Shown here: in pieces, positions 50,940 through 52,968 of the stretch
Position numbering within the stretch: the first letter of the stretch is position 1
How the letters are laid out: every line of letters begins with the position of its first letter
Assembly: GCA_002633005.1 (NCBI GenBank)
Contig: NMRA01000112.1
Coordinates: 893,202-946,169, forward strand
Source: Phoronis australis
Lineage: Eukaryota; Animalia; Phoronida
DNA: 52,968 nucleotides
Direction of reading: 5' to 3'
Notes under the pieces: generated by a model
What the model saw: only the letters and a program-made list of their open reading frames with translations
Databases searched by the model: none
Told to the model about the DNA's origin: nothing
Position numbers and translations under genes: made by a program

Positions 50940-51200
50940 CAATGGCCCTGTACTGGACCAACATAGTCTGCCAATGCTTGCCCTTTATAGGACCGAAACC
51001 GGTTTTTGGCCCAGCAATGGCGTGGTACTGGACGGGTCCTTTGCTGGCCAGATATCGCAATTTTTTACCGAGGCTAATACGGAGGTGTGCAGAATGTTAT
51101 TGGGACAGCACTGGCCTACATCTTTGGGCCAGTACAGAAGACAGTTGAGGGCCAGTATTGGCCTACTACACTTTACGTCCGAGTTTACTGGGCAGTACTT
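50940..51200. repeat. Array of short GGCCCAGTACTGG-like repeats (transposon subterminal type)
   Basis: GGCCCTGTACTGG, GGCCCAGCAATGG, GTACTGG, GGGCCAGTACAG, GGCCAGTATTGGCC and TACTGGGCAGTACT. A related motif occurs at 44975-44990. Confidence 0.6.
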
Positions 51201-52968
51201 ATGTCAAGGCAAGATAACATTGAGCAGACAAATATTGACTGTGGCAGTGCTCATTGTTCAAGTGAATATCAATGTGTGATCAACTACGATAGACCTCATA
51301 CGTTCTCGAAAAATCTGATTTTGGCAGGCAAATGGCACAAATGTGTGTGCTAAACCAGAGTTTGGGAGATGTCGCCTGCCGGCGAAGTAAGACATTGCTT
51401 GCCGAAGACTAATATACATGTATGTAAGGATCATTGCGAGAAAACATGGTTTGAGCCACATTGAATGATTCCAGTCATCGCCGGATTGGTGAAATGGTAA
51501 GGTTATTGGTATTATCAAATATGTACATATTTCATTTTGATCAACCGGAAGTAATGAAATCGTCTTCAAGTTCGCCGAAAGGCCGTGCTGCTTATGAAGT
51601 TGATAACAATCGTCACGTGGGCGTTAACTTGTAGTTTCTGTTTTTAAGTTGACCAGGTTGCAATGCTTAACTGTGTGGCCTAACTTCATTTTATTTTTTT
51701 GCGTTTCCGTTGAAATTTTGTATAAATGACCCGCAACAATACCGATGATAAGATTATCATCGCGGGGATACCCAGTGCCGTTTCTTTGTGCAATGTTTTT
51801 GGCTGCCACAACCCAAAAACGCAAGCAACACATTTACTTGAAACTTTCAAACAGTTTGCACATTGTGACTTTTTCTGTATTGGTGTTAAAACTTGCCAAT
51901 GAATTGGAATATTTGTTTGAACACAACTCAAATCCTCACAGACTTTTAAAGTGTACACCTAAATCTAACGCCCACTCCTGATATTTGGTGTTTCCATTGC
52001 AAACAATGACCCCTTGACGCTACGCCGGATTGATCCGGTAGAACCCTACCTTTTCATACCTCAAGAGTCAGTTTATTACCTGTTTTGCGATATTTTGATT
52101 TTGACTTTCGGAACATGTTGAGCCCATAACAAGGGCTGTGACGACCTGTATGTCAATTTAGTAGAAAAAGTCTCGACCTGGCCTGTAGGCCGCAGCTTGA
52201 CGTCGTTGCACCAAAAACACACGACCAATGCTACATTGGGGAGGATGTGATGGAGACCATAATATTCTGATATCCTGACTGCAAGACCCACAGAGGACTT
52301 GTGTATGTGGCTGGTGGCTATTTATTCCTCACCAAGTATATATTTATATATGGACATATCTGTGGCATTCTTCGTATTTTCTGAATAACTTCATCTGGAA
52401 ATACAACTTTGATTCTGGTACATTTACAGTGATGAACATGTGTAACGCAATGATTGAACTGTTGCCTTGCTTGTATCGAATTTACGCCCTAATTAGTTTT
52501 CCATTTTTGCTACTTATGTTTTACTGTACCGGTAGTGCGATGATGACCAGTAGTGTTCATAGGCTGAGTGAGTCGCGGTATACTCCCCGTTTAGAAGAGA
52601 AGTAACCGCATCCATGTTTATGGAAAGTTTCAGACAGATTATTATTTAAAATGGTTTATTCTTATTAAAATGACATGGGCAAGAAACTCTGTTTATTTTC
52701 TTTCCAGTTAGGAGTACATCTTTCGCCGCTGTGATTTTATTACTTTTAGTAAGGCGGTTCTATCCAGTGGTTACAATATATGCGGGCACAATGGGGCTCG
52801 GGGGGCTCGAACCAAACTGTTGTAAGTACCGAGTATTATGGCATAGCATATTGAACTCGTGTGTATCTACTAGCTGAGTTTAAAGCGTATATAATAGGCC
52901 TTTTGCGAGTTTATAACAATAACGCGAGATTATGTGAGACTTAACTGTGACGTCACGGGAAGTGGGGC

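Noticed and set aside
51560-52430. Minus-strand coding-like fragments (CANC…CVAC, hydrophobic plus basic stretch, LFRKYEECH)
   Set aside because: Frames are broken by stops and I could not link them by splice phase or assign a family. A frameshift-aware protein search would be needed.

Overview
This is animal (probably invertebrate) nuclear DNA: AT-rich, with GT-AG introns and many transposons. It is not prokaryotic, so most short ORFs in the track are incidental. One host gene can be assembled by eye on the + strand (2051-27376, 11 phase-compatible coding exons, 1800 nt = 599 aa plus stop). It reads: signal peptide, divergent C1q/TNF-like region, two 39-nt Thr/Pro/Val micro-exons from a tandem triplication, a SEA domain with a G/SVV motif, three TSP1 repeats, and a C-terminal TLDc-like domain. 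No transmembrane segment is evident. Its introns hold an EnSpm-like element, a Tc1/pogo MITE, a 1.4-kb palindrome with a tRNA-like loop, two TTAA-flanked Kolobok-like elements, a Penelope-like relic and a Harbinger Myb/SANT fragment. Downstream is a decayed head-to-tail pair of RLE-type (HERO/NeSL-like) non-LTR retrotransposons inside a Helentron/HINE-like repeat. The 3' UTR of the first copy contains the hammerhead ribozyme core elements in a non-canonical, pseudoknotted order, which is the strongest candidate for something undescribed. The last 16 kb is MITE debris, an N gap and two duplications that look like assembly artefacts. All calls come from reading the sequence; no searches or folding programs were run.
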